This document shows, one piece after another, positions 42,238-52,767 of a DNA stretch of 64,000 nucleotides. The notes beneath the pieces were generated by a model. That model made no database searches and was not told where the DNA came from. It saw only the letters and a list, made by a program, of their open reading frames with translations. Position 1 is the stretch's first letter, and each line of letters opens with the position of its first letter. The position numbers and the translations under genes were made by a program. The stretch is from Waterburya sp. (GTDB lineage: Bacteria; Cyanobacteriota; Cyanobacteriia; Cyanobacteriales; Xenococcaceae), in contig CBDCJV010000002.1 in the NCBI GenBank assembly GCA_965217895.1, positions 1,536,001 to 1,600,000 of the forward strand, read 5' to 3'.

Positions 42238-43572
42238 TCAACGATTCCAAAGATCTTCCCACCATGCAAAGGGTTTAGCTTCGACAAACTTAATACGATC
42301 GCGAATATCTTTAATTTTCCAGCCTGTTAAACTAGCAAGGGACTTAGCTTCACGCTCTTGTCTTTCTTTGACCGACTGTTTATATTCTTTGCCAGCATCG
42401 CAGGTAAGCTTTCCTTTAAAGGGATGGCGAATTACGTATTTGCCTTGGAACAAATTGCGATCGCCTGTTGCTTGAAACTTTAGATCTTCAGGGAATTTAT
42501 CTCGACTATAGCGCACATGAAGACGGGTAATAAATACATTACTACCACCCCAACGATTATTGGGATTTTGCCGATCCAACCAAAATACTCCTGCATCTTT
42601 TAACTCCTCTTGGTTCAAAGGTTCAGCCGAACAAGGATCGCAGCTTCCCATATCCCAGGCATATTCTAAGAAAGCCACCTGTCTATTATTTTTTTCATAA
42701 GACTTTTGGAACATGGCAGTATAAAAGCCTTTAAATTCCTCTTTGACAAATTCAGGCACTTCGCTATCGGTCGGAACTTTTACAGTGCGGTAATTAGTAA
42801 GTTCTACTTGTCCTTTGGGAGAGAGTAAATAAATAATCAAATCTTGGTCGCCTTGAGCGTTCATCATGCCTAAACGAATTGGTAACATAAACTTTGGTGA
42901 CTCAAAGGCTATAGAGATTGGTCTTAATTTCTCGAATCCACTGCTATCAAATTCTTCTAGGTTGACTTTCGCCACAAAGAACTTGAGATTTTGGCGAATA
43001 TAGGGCTGAAGTAATTCCTTTGCACCTTGGGGAATTTTATAGTCATTTTGAATCAGCCAAGTTTCCAAGCCATCAGATTCTTTGGCACTAAGAATTACAA
43101 TGTCATATTCTCCGACGCTAAACTGTTCTTCTACCGTTACCCCTAAATCCGCTGCTGCTTTTCTTTGTGTAGGTGATGGAAAGGGTGCTGACGATATTTG
43201 TTGCCGATCAGTTTCTCCGTAAGCTCTAACTTCACAAGGATCATCATCAAAATACTCTACCAATCTTGGCGCACTAAAATCATCCAGTCGTTGCAGGATT
43301 TTTCCTTCGCCGACATGAACCTGTTCCTTTTTTAAGACAACAGGTACAGGGACGACCATCGCAAAGTCTTTTACTTCACCCTGATAGTCGTTGGACATAG
43401 TTAAAACAGTCCTGTCCCCATCTCTAGCGATGATTACCTGAGAAGCCTGGTTATATAGACTGCTATCGGCTTTTGCGACATAGAAGCCACAGAAAGCCAG
43501 CGCGGGTTTGATGCCGAAGATAAATATTACAAATGTTAATAAGCAGGAGAATAAAATTCTAAATATTTTCAT
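42238..43572 (-). CDS. DUF2330 domain exported protein
   Basis: Signal peptide ...PALA|FCGFYV, FAMVVPVP, SAPRLVEY, VGEYD..ILSA, PIRLG, CDPC. Confidence 0.85.
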   Translation of the reverse strand: MKIFRILFSCLLTFVIFIFGIKPALAFCGFYVAKADSSLYNQASQVIIARDGDRTVLTMSNDYQGEVKDFAMVVPVPVVLKKEQVHVGEGKILQRLDDFSAPRLVEYFDDDPCEVRAYGETDRQQISSAPFPSPTQRKAAADLGVTVEEQFSVGEYDIVILSAKESDGLETWLIQNDYKIPQGAKELLQPYIRQNLKFFVAKVNLEEFDSSGFEKLRPISIAFESPKFMLPIRLGMMNAQGDQDLIIYLLSPKGQVELTNYRTVKVPTDSEVPEFVKEEFKGFYTAMFQKSYEKNNRQVAFLEYAWDMGSCDPCSAEPLNQEELKDAGVFWLDRQNPNNRWGGSNVFITRLHVRYSRDKFPEDLKFQATGDRNLFQGKYVIRHPFKGKLTCDAGKEYKQSVKERQEREAKSLASLTGWKIKDIRDRIKFVEAKPFAWWEDLWNR

Positions 43573-43601
43573 GGTTAGAAATGGTTATCTAATCGCTATT
43601 T

Positions 43602-43660
43602 GGTGGGCAACAAAAGCTTGTTATTCGATAGATAGCAAATTGAGGTTTTGCCCACCCTAC
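43602..43660. repeat. REPIN-like inverted pair
   Basis: GGTGGGCAA...TTGCCCACCCTAC; same family as 49228-49296. Confidence 0.75.
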
Positions 43661-43688
43661 AATCTACTAATTTTGTTGGGTTAGCAAG

Positions 43689-44564
43689 TTAGGTTGTGAT
43701 CGGTAATTTTGATTCCCGCAACCAATTAAACCTAGGTGCAGACCAGATCGTGTCTAATAAGACTGTTAGAGGAGAAATGATAAACAACGACCAGAAAATC
43801 GCTGTAGAAAGATAGAAATAGTGTTGCAGAATAAAGGTAGAAAATGCGATCGCCATACTCCAAATCAATCTACCAGTCTTAGAATCGGGTATAGATCGCG
43901 GATCGGTCAGCATAAACAAAGCAAACAGCAACAGGCTACCACTCATAAACTGATGCTGCCAGACATCCCAACTCCAGCCCAGCCACAGGTTACGCACTGC
44001 TTCTAAAGTGCCGTAAGCAAGTAGAAATGCGATCGAGGTGTCCCAACGACCAACTTGTTTTAAGATAACGCCACCTAAGCCCAGAAACAGCAATAGATAC
44101 CACCAGTCTGTACCCCATTGACCAGGAGAAATCCAAGCATCATTAGTGAGTGTAATCGCTGCGATAATGCCAAAATTAGCGGGGTTAAAGAAGTGTTTAT
44201 GGTGGTGACGAAAAAGAAATTTACTTGAGATTGCTAAAAAACCGGCAATCATCATTGTTTGAGGACTATTACTCCGCAGCAGCAGACATAAACCCAGGGA
44301 AGTAATTAAGGCACTACGGAGAGAAGTTAATACTTTAGAACTAACAAGAATATTTAATTCGCTATAAATATTATCTAGGGTGTATTCTCTGCTTTGTTTA
44401 GCATATTCCACTACTGCCGATAACAGCCACTGGGTAACTAAACAGCTAGCTACCACAACCAATATAAGATCGGGCTGTATTGTCCAATCCCTAGTGCTAA
44501 CACCTAAAAATAGAAATAAACTGAGAAAAATAATTTGCGTTACGCGGGCATCTTTAATTAGCAT
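43689..44564 (-). CDS. Stand-alone NqrB/RnfD-like membrane protein
   Basis: SK......KHFFNPANFG and FMLTDP.S.P motifs; multi-pass. Confidence 0.85.
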   Translation of the reverse strand: MLIKDARVTQIIFLSLFLFLGVSTRDWTIQPDLILVVVASCLVTQWLLSAVVEYAKQSREYTLDNIYSELNILVSSKVLTSLRSALITSLGLCLLLRSNSPQTMMIAGFLAISSKFLFRHHHKHFFNPANFGIIAAITLTNDAWISPGQWGTDWWYLLLFLGLGGVILKQVGRWDTSIAFLLAYGTLEAVRNLWLGWSWDVWQHQFMSGSLLLFALFMLTDPRSIPDSKTGRLIWSMAIAFSTFILQHYFYLSTAIFWSLFIISPLTVLLDTIWSAPRFNWLRESKLPITT

Positions 44565-45109
44565 TGATTAGTAATAAATAACAAATTAATCAACGCCTCT
44601 AGTATGTCTGCTGCAATTTTAAAATGGGTCAACGTTACCGTTTTTGTAACATAGAGCTATTTGTACAATTTTCTTGAATCCTTGATTAAGCAAGTCAAAA
44701 GTCAAAAGCCAAAAGTATTAATTTTTGATTTAAAATGAGCATCGATAAAAAACTTTTCAGGAATTTTCTTCCGCTTCGAGATCTTTGATTAAACTATTTT
44801 GTTTACGAATATGAATTAAAAAAATCACCAGGGAATAACAACTGTATACCCAAAATCCGCTATATATCAGTAAAATCAGCCAGGATTCAGGACTATCTAA
44901 ATTAAAGCTAGATGTATTAAACTGCATTTGGCTTCCTCTAAAACGTCTCTTTTTTTAAGTTACCCGATCGCTCCTAAAGTCTATGTTTTGAGCAATACTA
45001 ATTCAGCAATTTTTAGTTAATTTAAATTTCTTCGGGTACTGGCTGTGAATTGGGTGCAAATTTTCTTAAACTAGATCACGATAGAGTAATAAAAGTTAAA
45101 ATAGTAAAT

Positions 45110-45763
45110 ATGTCAGATAATACCGCACGCGATCGCTTTCGCGCAGCCTACGAAAACCGTTACACCTGGGATAGTAATTTCCCTGGCTACACTACCAAGC
45201 TAGAGCTAAAGCAAGGAGACGAAGTATATACGGCAGACATTAAAGTTAATCGTGACTTGTCTGTAGACGTTACTGGTATTGAAGATGAGAAGGTATCAGA
45301 AAGCGTCTATAACCACATGAGAGATGTGATTACCCACCGCAAGCGCAATACCTTTGAAAATGCCCACGGTAAAAGTACTTTCACTTTGGGTGAAGAAGAT
45401 GCTTCTGGTGCAGTAGAAATTTTGGTTAAGGGAGATTCTATGGGATCTAACTACAAAATTCGCGGTACAGAAATATCTCAGGTTAGCCGTGTTATGGGGC
45501 CAATGGCTTTTGTGATTAACACCAACGAAAGTTTGGACACTGGAGAAGGCTATATTTCTACTGGTTACAATGCAATTTTCCGCGACTCGAAAACCAATAA
45601 TTTAAAAGCTAAACGGGAGTTTAACGAAAGCTATGAAAAGTTAGGTAACTACTATGTTCCTAAACATCAGGTTATTGAATCTATCGATCCAGATAACGAT
45701 AAAATCATCACTGAGTTTAGCTTCTCGGAAACTAAGTTATTAGAACCCGCAGCAGTCGCGTAA
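45110..45763 (+). CDS. DUF3386 domain protein
   Basis: ARD.FRAAYENRYTWD.NFPGY signature. ATG at 45110 preferred over TTG at 45050. Confidence 0.88.
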   Translation: MSDNTARDRFRAAYENRYTWDSNFPGYTTKLELKQGDEVYTADIKVNRDLSVDVTGIEDEKVSESVYNHMRDVITHRKRNTFENAHGKSTFTLGEEDASGAVEILVKGDSMGSNYKIRGTEISQVSRVMGPMAFVINTNESLDTGEGYISTGYNAIFRDSKTNNLKAKREFNESYEKLGNYYVPKHQVIESIDPDNDKIITEFSFSETKLLEPAAVA

Positions 45764-45825
45764 ATTTTTCTTACTACAAGCTAGGATAAGTTTATAGTAA
45801 TACAAATAAATCAACTGAGTAAATT

Positions 45826-46062
45826 ATGTCATTAGCATTAACTCAAGATAACGTAGAAACCGTCTTAGACGAACTGCGTCCTTATCTTATGGCTGACGGC
45901 GGTAACGTCGAATTAGCTGAAATTGAAGGGCCTATTGTGAAATTAAGATTACAGGGTGCTTGTGGTTCTTGTCCTAGTTCGGCAATGACCCTCAAAATGG
46001 GTATTGAACGTCGTCTAAGAGAAAAAATTCCCGAAATCGTTGAAGTAGAACAAGTGGTTTAG
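45826..46062 (+). CDS. nfuA: NifU-C / Nfu Fe-S scaffold protein
   Basis: [25 protein letters not shown]. Confidence 0.95.
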   Translation: MSLALTQDNVETVLDELRPYLMADGGNVELAEIEGPIVKLRLQGACGSCPSSAMTLKMGIERRLREKIPEIVEVEQVV

Positions 46063-46117
46063 AAAGCCATTATCTATTAGCCTTTAGCCTGTATCAAGCT
46101 AATAAATATTTTAAATG

Positions 46118-46148
46118 GAGGGATGATTAGATTTTATCCCTCTTTTTT
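46118..46148 (+). terminator. Terminator after nfu
   Basis: GAGGGAT...ATCCCTC-TTTTTT. Confidence 0.7.
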
Positions 46149-46166
46149 GTCTATGCACACGGCGTA

Positions 46167-47333
46167 TTATTCAGTTGTTTTAGCTAACAATCCACCTGCT
46201 GCGCCTAAACCTAATAAATTTGGCAACCATGCTGCTAGCCAAGGAGGGACAACCCCCGAAATTCCCATTGATTGAGAAATAAAAGATACAAGATAATAAG
46301 CAAAAATTAGTCCAATACAGATACCGAAACTCGTGGTTTTACCTGAGTTTTGAGGAATAACACCCAGGGCGGCACCGATTAAGGCAAATACCACACAAGC
46401 AAAAGGGATCGCAATTTTTTCTTGAATCCGAACTTGCCATTTACGAACTCTCTGTTCATCAGCACTACGTTTAATTATTTTTAAATATTTCCTAGCTTCA
46501 AAGATATTCATTTCATCGGTGTTTTTGCCTTCTTTAGTAATATCTAGAGCAGTTTTAGGAAGTGCCAGTTGTTGATGCTGAAAACGCACTATGTTGTTGT
46601 AGCTACCGTCTATGCCAACTAAATAAATTGTGCCATTGTAAAAGTCCCAAATATTTTCTAACACATTCCATTTAGCCGATCGCGCCGTGACGATTTGACT
46701 AACCGAGCCGCGAGAACGATCTAATACCGTTAGGTTTTTCATTTGCTCACCGTCAAATTCTTCGGCATAAAACAACCGCGTTAGTACTTCTTTGGTTCGA
46801 TCTCCCTTTATGGGAATTTCTGTATATTCGTCATATAAAATATTCTCAGTCTTAAAATTAGGTTTAGTTTCTCCGAGTGCTTTTTCGAGGGTGACTGAAG
46901 CCTGATAATTGGCAGCAGGAGCAATAAAATTATTAAATACAAAGGCAAGGGCAACAATACACAAGCTAAAGGCGATCGCTGGCATAATTAAACGATAAAT
47001 ATTAACCCCAACACTACGTAGGGCGATTAATTCGCTATCGTTAGATAAACGGCTATAGCTCATTAGCGTCGCTAGCAAGATAGACATAGGAAACGCCAGT
47101 ACAATAAATCCTGGCATTTTCAAAATCAGCACCTTAACAGCTACTCCCCAAAATAAGCCTGAATCAGTGACTTTGCGAATCAATTCAAATACTGCGCCAA
47201 TAGATAAACCCAAGGAAGTAAAAATTCCCATGCCAAACAGAAACGGTAAAATTAACTCCTTGACGATGTAGAGGTTCATCACCGACAAACCTAAACTTGC
47301 TCGCTCAAATCGCTTAACTGCACCGATTTTCAT
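46167..47333 (-). CDS. LptF/LptG family permease
   Basis: RLS.DSELIALRS.G; 3+3 TM with a periplasmic beta domain; AAWLPN. Confidence 0.93.
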   Translation of the reverse strand: MKIGAVKRFERASLGLSVMNLYIVKELILPFLFGMGIFTSLGLSIGAVFELIRKVTDSGLFWGVAVKVLILKMPGFIVLAFPMSILLATLMSYSRLSNDSELIALRSVGVNIYRLIMPAIAFSLCIVALAFVFNNFIAPAANYQASVTLEKALGETKPNFKTENILYDEYTEIPIKGDRTKEVLTRLFYAEEFDGEQMKNLTVLDRSRGSVSQIVTARSAKWNVLENIWDFYNGTIYLVGIDGSYNNIVRFQHQQLALPKTALDITKEGKNTDEMNIFEARKYLKIIKRSADEQRVRKWQVRIQEKIAIPFACVVFALIGAALGVIPQNSGKTTSFGICIGLIFAYYLVSFISQSMGISGVVPPWLAAWLPNLLGLGAAGGLLAKTTE

Positions 47334-47406
47334 ATTTTAGAACTGAAGAAAATTTAGCTGTAGCCTAACCTTTATTTTGCTATTTATTGGTAATCTTTGA
47401 CTTTTT

Positions 47407-47781
47407 TTACCGAGCGTTTTTATAACGACGATTACAAATTATCTTTAGTTCTTTTTGATGTTTCCAAGCCCAATCTGCCAAAACTTCTATAGGCTCAATT
47501 AACTTATCACCAAAAATAGTCAAATTGTACTCTGTCTTGGGAGGGATGACGGCATAAACCTTCCGCCTTACAATCTTATCGGATTCTAACCTTCTCAATG
47601 TTTGAGTCAGCATTTTTTTAGAAATCCCAGGAATTTCTCGCTGTAGCTCACTATACCGTTTAGTGTCTTGTTTTAAGACATACAAGACTGGCAATGTCCA
47701 TTTGTCACCCACAATATTGATTAGCTGACGTACTGGGCAATCTCTATCTAGGAGGGGTTCTTGTTCTTCCTTGGAAACCAT
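47407..47781 (-). CDS. HxlR family winged-helix regulator
   Basis: CP.......GDKW, R.SEL...IPGIS.KMLTQTLR.LE, PPKTEY.LT; divergent from the RND operon. Confidence 0.93.
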   Translation of the reverse strand: MVSKEEQEPLLDRDCPVRQLINIVGDKWTLPVLYVLKQDTKRYSELQREIPGISKKMLTQTLRRLESDKIVRRKVYAVIPPKTEYNLTIFGDKLIEPIEVLADWAWKHQKELKIICNRRYKNAR

Positions 47782-47882
47782 AGGGTAACTATAATACTAA
47801 ACAGTACCTACTTGCGATTAAGAGTCTATCTGCGTCATATTATAGACCAGGGATAAAGTTTTAATTATATATTTATATTGCT

Positions 47883-49226
47883 ATGAGACATAATAGTGCA
47901 ATCGCCAGCAAAACTATTAGCGTATCCTTATTATTTTTTGCTTTAGCAGGCTGTGGCAAAAAGCCAGAAGCTCAAGCTCCCCCGCCCCCGGCTGCTGTAG
48001 AGGTCAAAGATTTAAGTAAGTCTACTGTACAAACTGGCTCTGAATATGTAGGTAACCTAGAAGCAAAACAAAGAGTAGCTCTCGCCCCCAGAGTTGCTGG
48101 TAGAATTATCAATATTGTTGCTCGAGAGGGAGATCCAGTCAAAAAAGGAGATCTGATTGTTGAACTGCAATTAAACCAAGAGCAGGGACAAGTTAATGCT
48201 GCTGAGTCTGAAGTAAACATTCAGCGAGCTAACGTCAATAGTGCTGAGGCAGATTTAAGAGGCGCACAGGCAGAAGTAGCTCAAGCTGAAGCAGCAGTTG
48301 AGCAAAGTAAAGCAGACTTGGAAGAGCAACAAGCCCAATTCAAATCAGCCAAAACTGACCTAGGCAGGAGTCAGTTTTTAGTCAAAGAAGGGGCGCAGTC
48401 CCAACAGATTTTAGACGATCGCACCAGGGACGTAAATGCGGCACAAGCAAAAAGTAATGCTTTAAAAGCGGCAGTCAATTCTAGTCAAAAAGCTCTTGGT
48501 GCAGCACAGCAAAAAGTTGAATCCGCCAGATCGGCGATCGCTGGACAACAGGCTGCTCTAAAACAAGCACAAACAAGAGTAGGCATTGCTAATGACACTC
48601 TTGACTATAATCGACTTACTGCACCTATAGATGGGACAGTGGGCAATATTCAGCCCAAAGTGGGTGATTATGTTCAGGTAGGACAGCAAATAACCAGCAT
48701 CACTAAAGATGATGCTTTTGAGCTAAACATTAGCGTTCCTATAGAGCAGGTTTCTAAGCTAAAAAGCGGTTTACCCGTTGAGATTATCGACCCCCAAGGA
48801 AAAACGATCTCCAAAGGAAGTATTAGCTTTATTTCACCAAAAACTGATAGAAGTAGTCAGGGGATTTTGGTTAAGGCAGCATTCAATAACGACGGTAGAT
48901 TAAGAGACGATAGTTTTGCTAGAGCTAGAATAATATGGTCACAAAAGCCAGGGCTTCTAATTCCCACTGAAGCGGTATCTAGTATTGCAGGCAGAGACTT
49001 TGTTTTTGTGGCGGTAGAGAAAAAACAAAAAGATGGTTCAACTGCTATGGTTGCCAAACAAAAGCCTGTGGAGCTAGGAGAGATTCAAGGCCAGTCTTAT
49101 CAAGTAATTTCTGGGTTAGAGTCAGGGGACAAATTAATTACCTCTGGCATTCTTAATCTAGCCGATGGTATGCCGATCAATCCTGGAGAAGAAACCGCCA
49201 CCAGTAAAGCAGTGAGTAGTAAGTAG
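47883..49226 (+). CDS. RND efflux periplasmic adaptor (lipoprotein)
   Basis: LAGC lipobox, long coiled-coil hairpin, APIDG, GLESGD. Confidence 0.93.
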   Translation: MRHNSAIASKTISVSLLFFALAGCGKKPEAQAPPPPAAVEVKDLSKSTVQTGSEYVGNLEAKQRVALAPRVAGRIINIVAREGDPVKKGDLIVELQLNQEQGQVNAAESEVNIQRANVNSAEADLRGAQAEVAQAEAAVEQSKADLEEQQAQFKSAKTDLGRSQFLVKEGAQSQQILDDRTRDVNAAQAKSNALKAAVNSSQKALGAAQQKVESARSAIAGQQAALKQAQTRVGIANDTLDYNRLTAPIDGTVGNIQPKVGDYVQVGQQITSITKDDAFELNISVPIEQVSKLKSGLPVEIIDPQGKTISKGSISFISPKTDRSSQGILVKAAFNNDGRLRDDSFARARIIWSQKPGLLIPTEAVSSIAGRDFVFVAVEKKQKDGSTAMVAKQKPVELGEIQGQSYQVISGLESGDKLITSGILNLADGMPINPGEETATSKAVSSK

Positions 49227-49227
49227 A

Positions 49228-49296
49228 TAGGGTGGGCAAACCTAAAAATGAAGTCAAATAAATAACGTACTGGAAAAACATCCTTGCCCACCTCAC
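49228..49296. repeat. REPIN-like inverted pair
   Basis: TAGGGTGGGCAA...TTGCCCACCTCAC. Confidence 0.7.
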
Positions 49297-49357
49297 AAGA
49301 TTAAAACCCGACGCTTGGGGTTAATCAGTAATCAGTAATCAATAACTAGTAATTAAA

Positions 49358-52300
49358 ATGCTTCTGAGTATCTCTGACCCATTTATCAAACGTCCAGTTT
49401 TAACGACAGTTTGCGCTGCCATTATTGTGATCGTGGGAGCAATAAGCATTCCTATGTTGCCTATTTCTCAATTACCCCAGATAGCCCCAATTCAAGTCGA
49501 AGTAAGTTCGACTTATATTGGCGCAGATGCAGAAACCGCTGAGACCAACGTTACCACCATTATTGAACGAGAAATCAATGGGGTGGAAAACATGAGCTAT
49601 ATCTCCTCCAACACTAGTAATGATGGTGTCAGCAATATCACAGTTTCTTTCCCTCCAGATGTAGACCGCGACATTGCTCAGGTAAATGTGCAAAACAGAG
49701 AGGCTTTATCAGAAGCGCGGTTGCCAAGCGTTGTGCAACAAACTGGTGTAACGGTACAAAAATCATCTCCAGACTTGCTGTTGGGGATTGCCTTTTTTGC
49801 GGAAAACGGCGAATATGACGACCTGTTTATCAGTAACTATCTCGATCTTTATTTACTCGATCAGGTGAAAAGAATCGAAGGGGTAGGACGGGCAGTTATT
49901 TTTGGCGAAAGAAAATACGCCATGCGTCTCTGGCTCGATCCTGATGCTTTGGCTGCACGTAATTTAGGGCCACAAGATGTAGCTGATGCCCTAGAAGAAC
50001 AAAACATTCAGGTGGGTGCAGGAAGCATTGGTAAACAACCAACCCAAGACAATCAAAGGTTTGAATTTACGCTGCGGGCGAGCGGTAGATTAAAAAGTGC
50101 TGAAGAATTTAGCAATTTAATAGTTGCTACAGGAGAAAACGGTAATTTAATTAGGCTACAGGATATTGGTAGAGCGGAATTAGGCGCGGAGAACTATAAT
50201 ACTTCAGCAAAATTTAAGGGTAAACCTGCGGTGGGGATGGGGGTATTTCAACTTCCAGGCAGTAATGCCTTACAGGTTGGTGGCGCAATTAAAGAAGCCG
50301 TTGCCGAACTAGCTAAAAACTTCCCCCCAGGAATGACATACGAAATTGCCTTGGATACCACAGAATTTGTCCAAGTATCTATGGAAGAAGTGATCATAAC
50401 TTTGGTGCAGGCGATTTTGCTGGTAGTTTTAATCATTTTTATCTTCCTACAAGACTGGCGCACCATGATTATTCCAGCGATCGCCATTCCCGTATCTTTA
50501 GTTGGTGCTTTTATCTTCCTCAATATTTTTGGCTTTCAAATTAACACCCTGACTCTATTTGCGATGGTGCTGTCTACAGGCTTAGTGGTAGATGATGCAA
50601 TTGTGGTAGTAGAAGCGATCGCTACTAAGGTCGAACGAGGCATGAAGCCGCGTATTGCAGCAGTCGATACCATGAACGAGTTGAGCGGAGCGGTAATTGC
50701 GACCTCGTTGGTCTTGATGGCAGTATTTATTCCCGTGTCTTTCTTTCCTGGTTCAACGGGGGTAATTTTCAAACAGTTTGCCTTAACGATTGTCTTTGCG
50801 ATCGCGCTTTCAACCTTTAATGCCCTTAGCTTTTCCCCCACCATAGCAGGTATTCTATTACGCCCGCCCAAAGAAAGAAGAGGTATTTTGGGCAAGTTTT
50901 TTAATAAGTTTAATCAGGGTTTTGACTGGATTAATGTTAAGTACACCCAAGGTATTACCTTTTTATCAAAAAAAATCGTCCGTCCTTTTATAGTAGCGGG
51001 TTTTACCGCTCTAATTATCTTCACCTACTTTCTCTATAGCTCAATTCCTACAGGCTTTATCCCAGAAGAAGATCAAGGCTATTTTTATACCATTGTTCAA
51101 GCACCTGATGGCGTATCTTTAAACTACACCCAGGACATAATGGAACAGGTAGGCAATAAAATGAGCCAAATTCCAGATATTAGCAGCTATTTTGCCTTAA
51201 GTGGTTTTGGTTTTGAAGGTAACGGTAGCAGTCGCGGTTTTGTTTTTAGTAAGCTCAAGCCTTGGGACGATCGACCAAACCAAGACCAGTCAATTTATTC
51301 AATTCTTGGTCGTCTTAATGCTTCACTCGGCGAGATTAAAGGTGCTAGAGCCTTGGCGGTTAATGCTCCACCTGTTAGGGGTTTAAGTACCTTTGGCGGA
51401 TTTGAATTTGAACTTCAGGATCGTGTTGGTTTGCCGATCTCAGCCCTGGTGGAAAATTCCAACAAAATGATTGCTGCTGCCAACCAAAGACCAGAAATTG
51501 GCGCAGCATTTACCCAATTTGTAGCCAATACGCCCCAAATTGAGGTGAATGTAAATCGCGATCGCGCTAAAGCAATTGGCGTTAATATCGACGACATATT
51601 TAATACTCTCCAGTCTTATCTCGGTTCTAGATACGTTAATGATTTTGTCCTAGGACAAAGACAATACCGCGTCTATATTCAGGCAGACGGTAATTTTCGC
51701 TCTAACCCGCAGGATATCAATAAGCTCTATGTTAAATCCGCCAGCGGACAGTCAGTCTCTTTAGGTACTCTAGTCCAGCTTAAAAAATTTACAGGACCTT
51801 CAACTATTACTCACTACAACCTTTTCCGCGCTATCAAAATTCAAGGATCTCCCGCCCCTGGCTTTAGTACAGGACAGGCAATCAAAGCCATGGAAGAAGC
51901 AGCAGCAGAAACTTTACCTACTAGCTTGGGGTATGAGTGGACTGGTACAGCTTTACAAGAAAAATCCGCTGGGGGACAGTCGGGACTGATCTTTGGCTTG
52001 GGCTTATTGATGGCGTTTTTAGTCCTTGCTGCTCAATACGAAAGCTATGTAGACCCGATTATTATCATGCTAACCGTACCTTTAGCAGTCCTAGGTGCGA
52101 TCTCAGCTATTTGGTTTCGAGCTAATATCCTCCAGGCTGGCAGTATTTGGCCGCTCATTAACAACGATGTTTATGTTCAGGTTGGTTTGGTAATGTTGAT
52201 TGGGCTAGCTAGTAAAAACGCAATTCTAATTGTGGAATATGCTAACCAGTTAAAAGCCCAGGGACTAAATACGGTCAAAGCAGCGATTAGAGCAGGGCAA

Positions 52301-52630
52301 GAGCGTTTTCGACCCATTTTAATGACGGCCATCTCTAGTTTGGTTGGTTTTTATCCTTTGGTAGTAGCCACAGGCGCGGGTGCATCTAGCCGTTGGTCAC
52401 TAGGGACAGCCGTATTTGGGGGATTGCTCTTTGCTACGGTCTTGAGTTTATTCTTAGTTCCTTCTTTATATATCGTCATCAAAAGTCTAGAATCTTTTTT
52501 CACAAAAGATAAAGACTCTGGAAATAATGGCAATGGCAAGACTAATGATTCTAATCATGGTCGCCTTGCACCCAAGGAAACATCGGCAACAGACCTAGCT
52601 CCTAACTATCAACTCGATTCAAATCAGTAA
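49358..52630 (+). CDS. HAE1 family RND efflux permease
   Basis: FIKRPV, GLVVDDAIVVVE, LASKNAILIVE, RFRPILMT. Confidence 0.96.
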   Translation: MLLSISDPFIKRPVLTTVCAAIIVIVGAISIPMLPISQLPQIAPIQVEVSSTYIGADAETAETNVTTIIEREINGVENMSYISSNTSNDGVSNITVSFPPDVDRDIAQVNVQNREALSEARLPSVVQQTGVTVQKSSPDLLLGIAFFAENGEYDDLFISNYLDLYLLDQVKRIEGVGRAVIFGERKYAMRLWLDPDALAARNLGPQDVADALEEQNIQVGAGSIGKQPTQDNQRFEFTLRASGRLKSAEEFSNLIVATGENGNLIRLQDIGRAELGAENYNTSAKFKGKPAVGMGVFQLPGSNALQVGGAIKEAVAELAKNFPPGMTYEIALDTTEFVQVSMEEVIITLVQAILLVVLIIFIFLQDWRTMIIPAIAIPVSLVGAFIFLNIFGFQINTLTLFAMVLSTGLVVDDAIVVVEAIATKVERGMKPRIAAVDTMNELSGAVIATSLVLMAVFIPVSFFPGSTGVIFKQFALTIVFAIALSTFNALSFSPTIAGILLRPPKERRGILGKFFNKFNQGFDWINVKYTQGITFLSKKIVRPFIVAGFTALIIFTYFLYSSIPTGFIPEEDQGYFYTIVQAPDGVSLNYTQDIMEQVGNKMSQIPDISSYFALSGFGFEGNGSSRGFVFSKLKPWDDRPNQDQSIYSILGRLNASLGEIKGARALAVNAPPVRGLSTFGGFEFELQDRVGLPISALVENSNKMIAAANQRPEIGAAFTQFVANTPQIEVNVNRDRAKAIGVNIDDIFNTLQSYLGSRYVNDFVLGQRQYRVYIQADGNFRSNPQDINKLYVKSASGQSVSLGTLVQLKKFTGPSTITHYNLFRAIKIQGSPAPGFSTGQAIKAMEEAAAETLPTSLGYEWTGTALQEKSAGGQSGLIFGLGLLMAFLVLAAQYESYVDPIIIMLTVPLAVLGAISAIWFRANILQAGSIWPLINNDVYVQVGLVMLIGLASKNAILIVEYANQLKAQGLNTVKAAIRAGQERFRPILMTAISSLVGFYPLVVATGAGASSRWSLGTAVFGGLLFATVLSLFLVPSLYIVIKSLESFFTKDKDSGNNGNGKTNDSNHGRLAPKETSATDLAPNYQLDSNQ

Positions 52631-52715
52631 AATAACTTTTTACCGCCCTGAAGTGATTGGTAATTTTTAAGCAATAAGCTTTTACAAGTAGCAATTAGTA
52701 ATTAAGAAAGTCTGA

Positions 52716-52749
52716 ACTTGCTACTTGCTACTTGTTATCTGCTACTTGT
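52716..52749. repeat. Heptamer tandem repeat (CTTGCTA-type)
   Basis: CTTGCTA CTTGCTA CTTGTTA TCTGCTA between convergent genes. Confidence 0.65.
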
Positions 52750-52767
52750 AAGATGATGCTGTTTAGT

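Noticed and set aside
45050..45109. TTG-start N-terminal extension of the DUF3386 gene
   Set aside because: The family signature begins right after ATG 45110.
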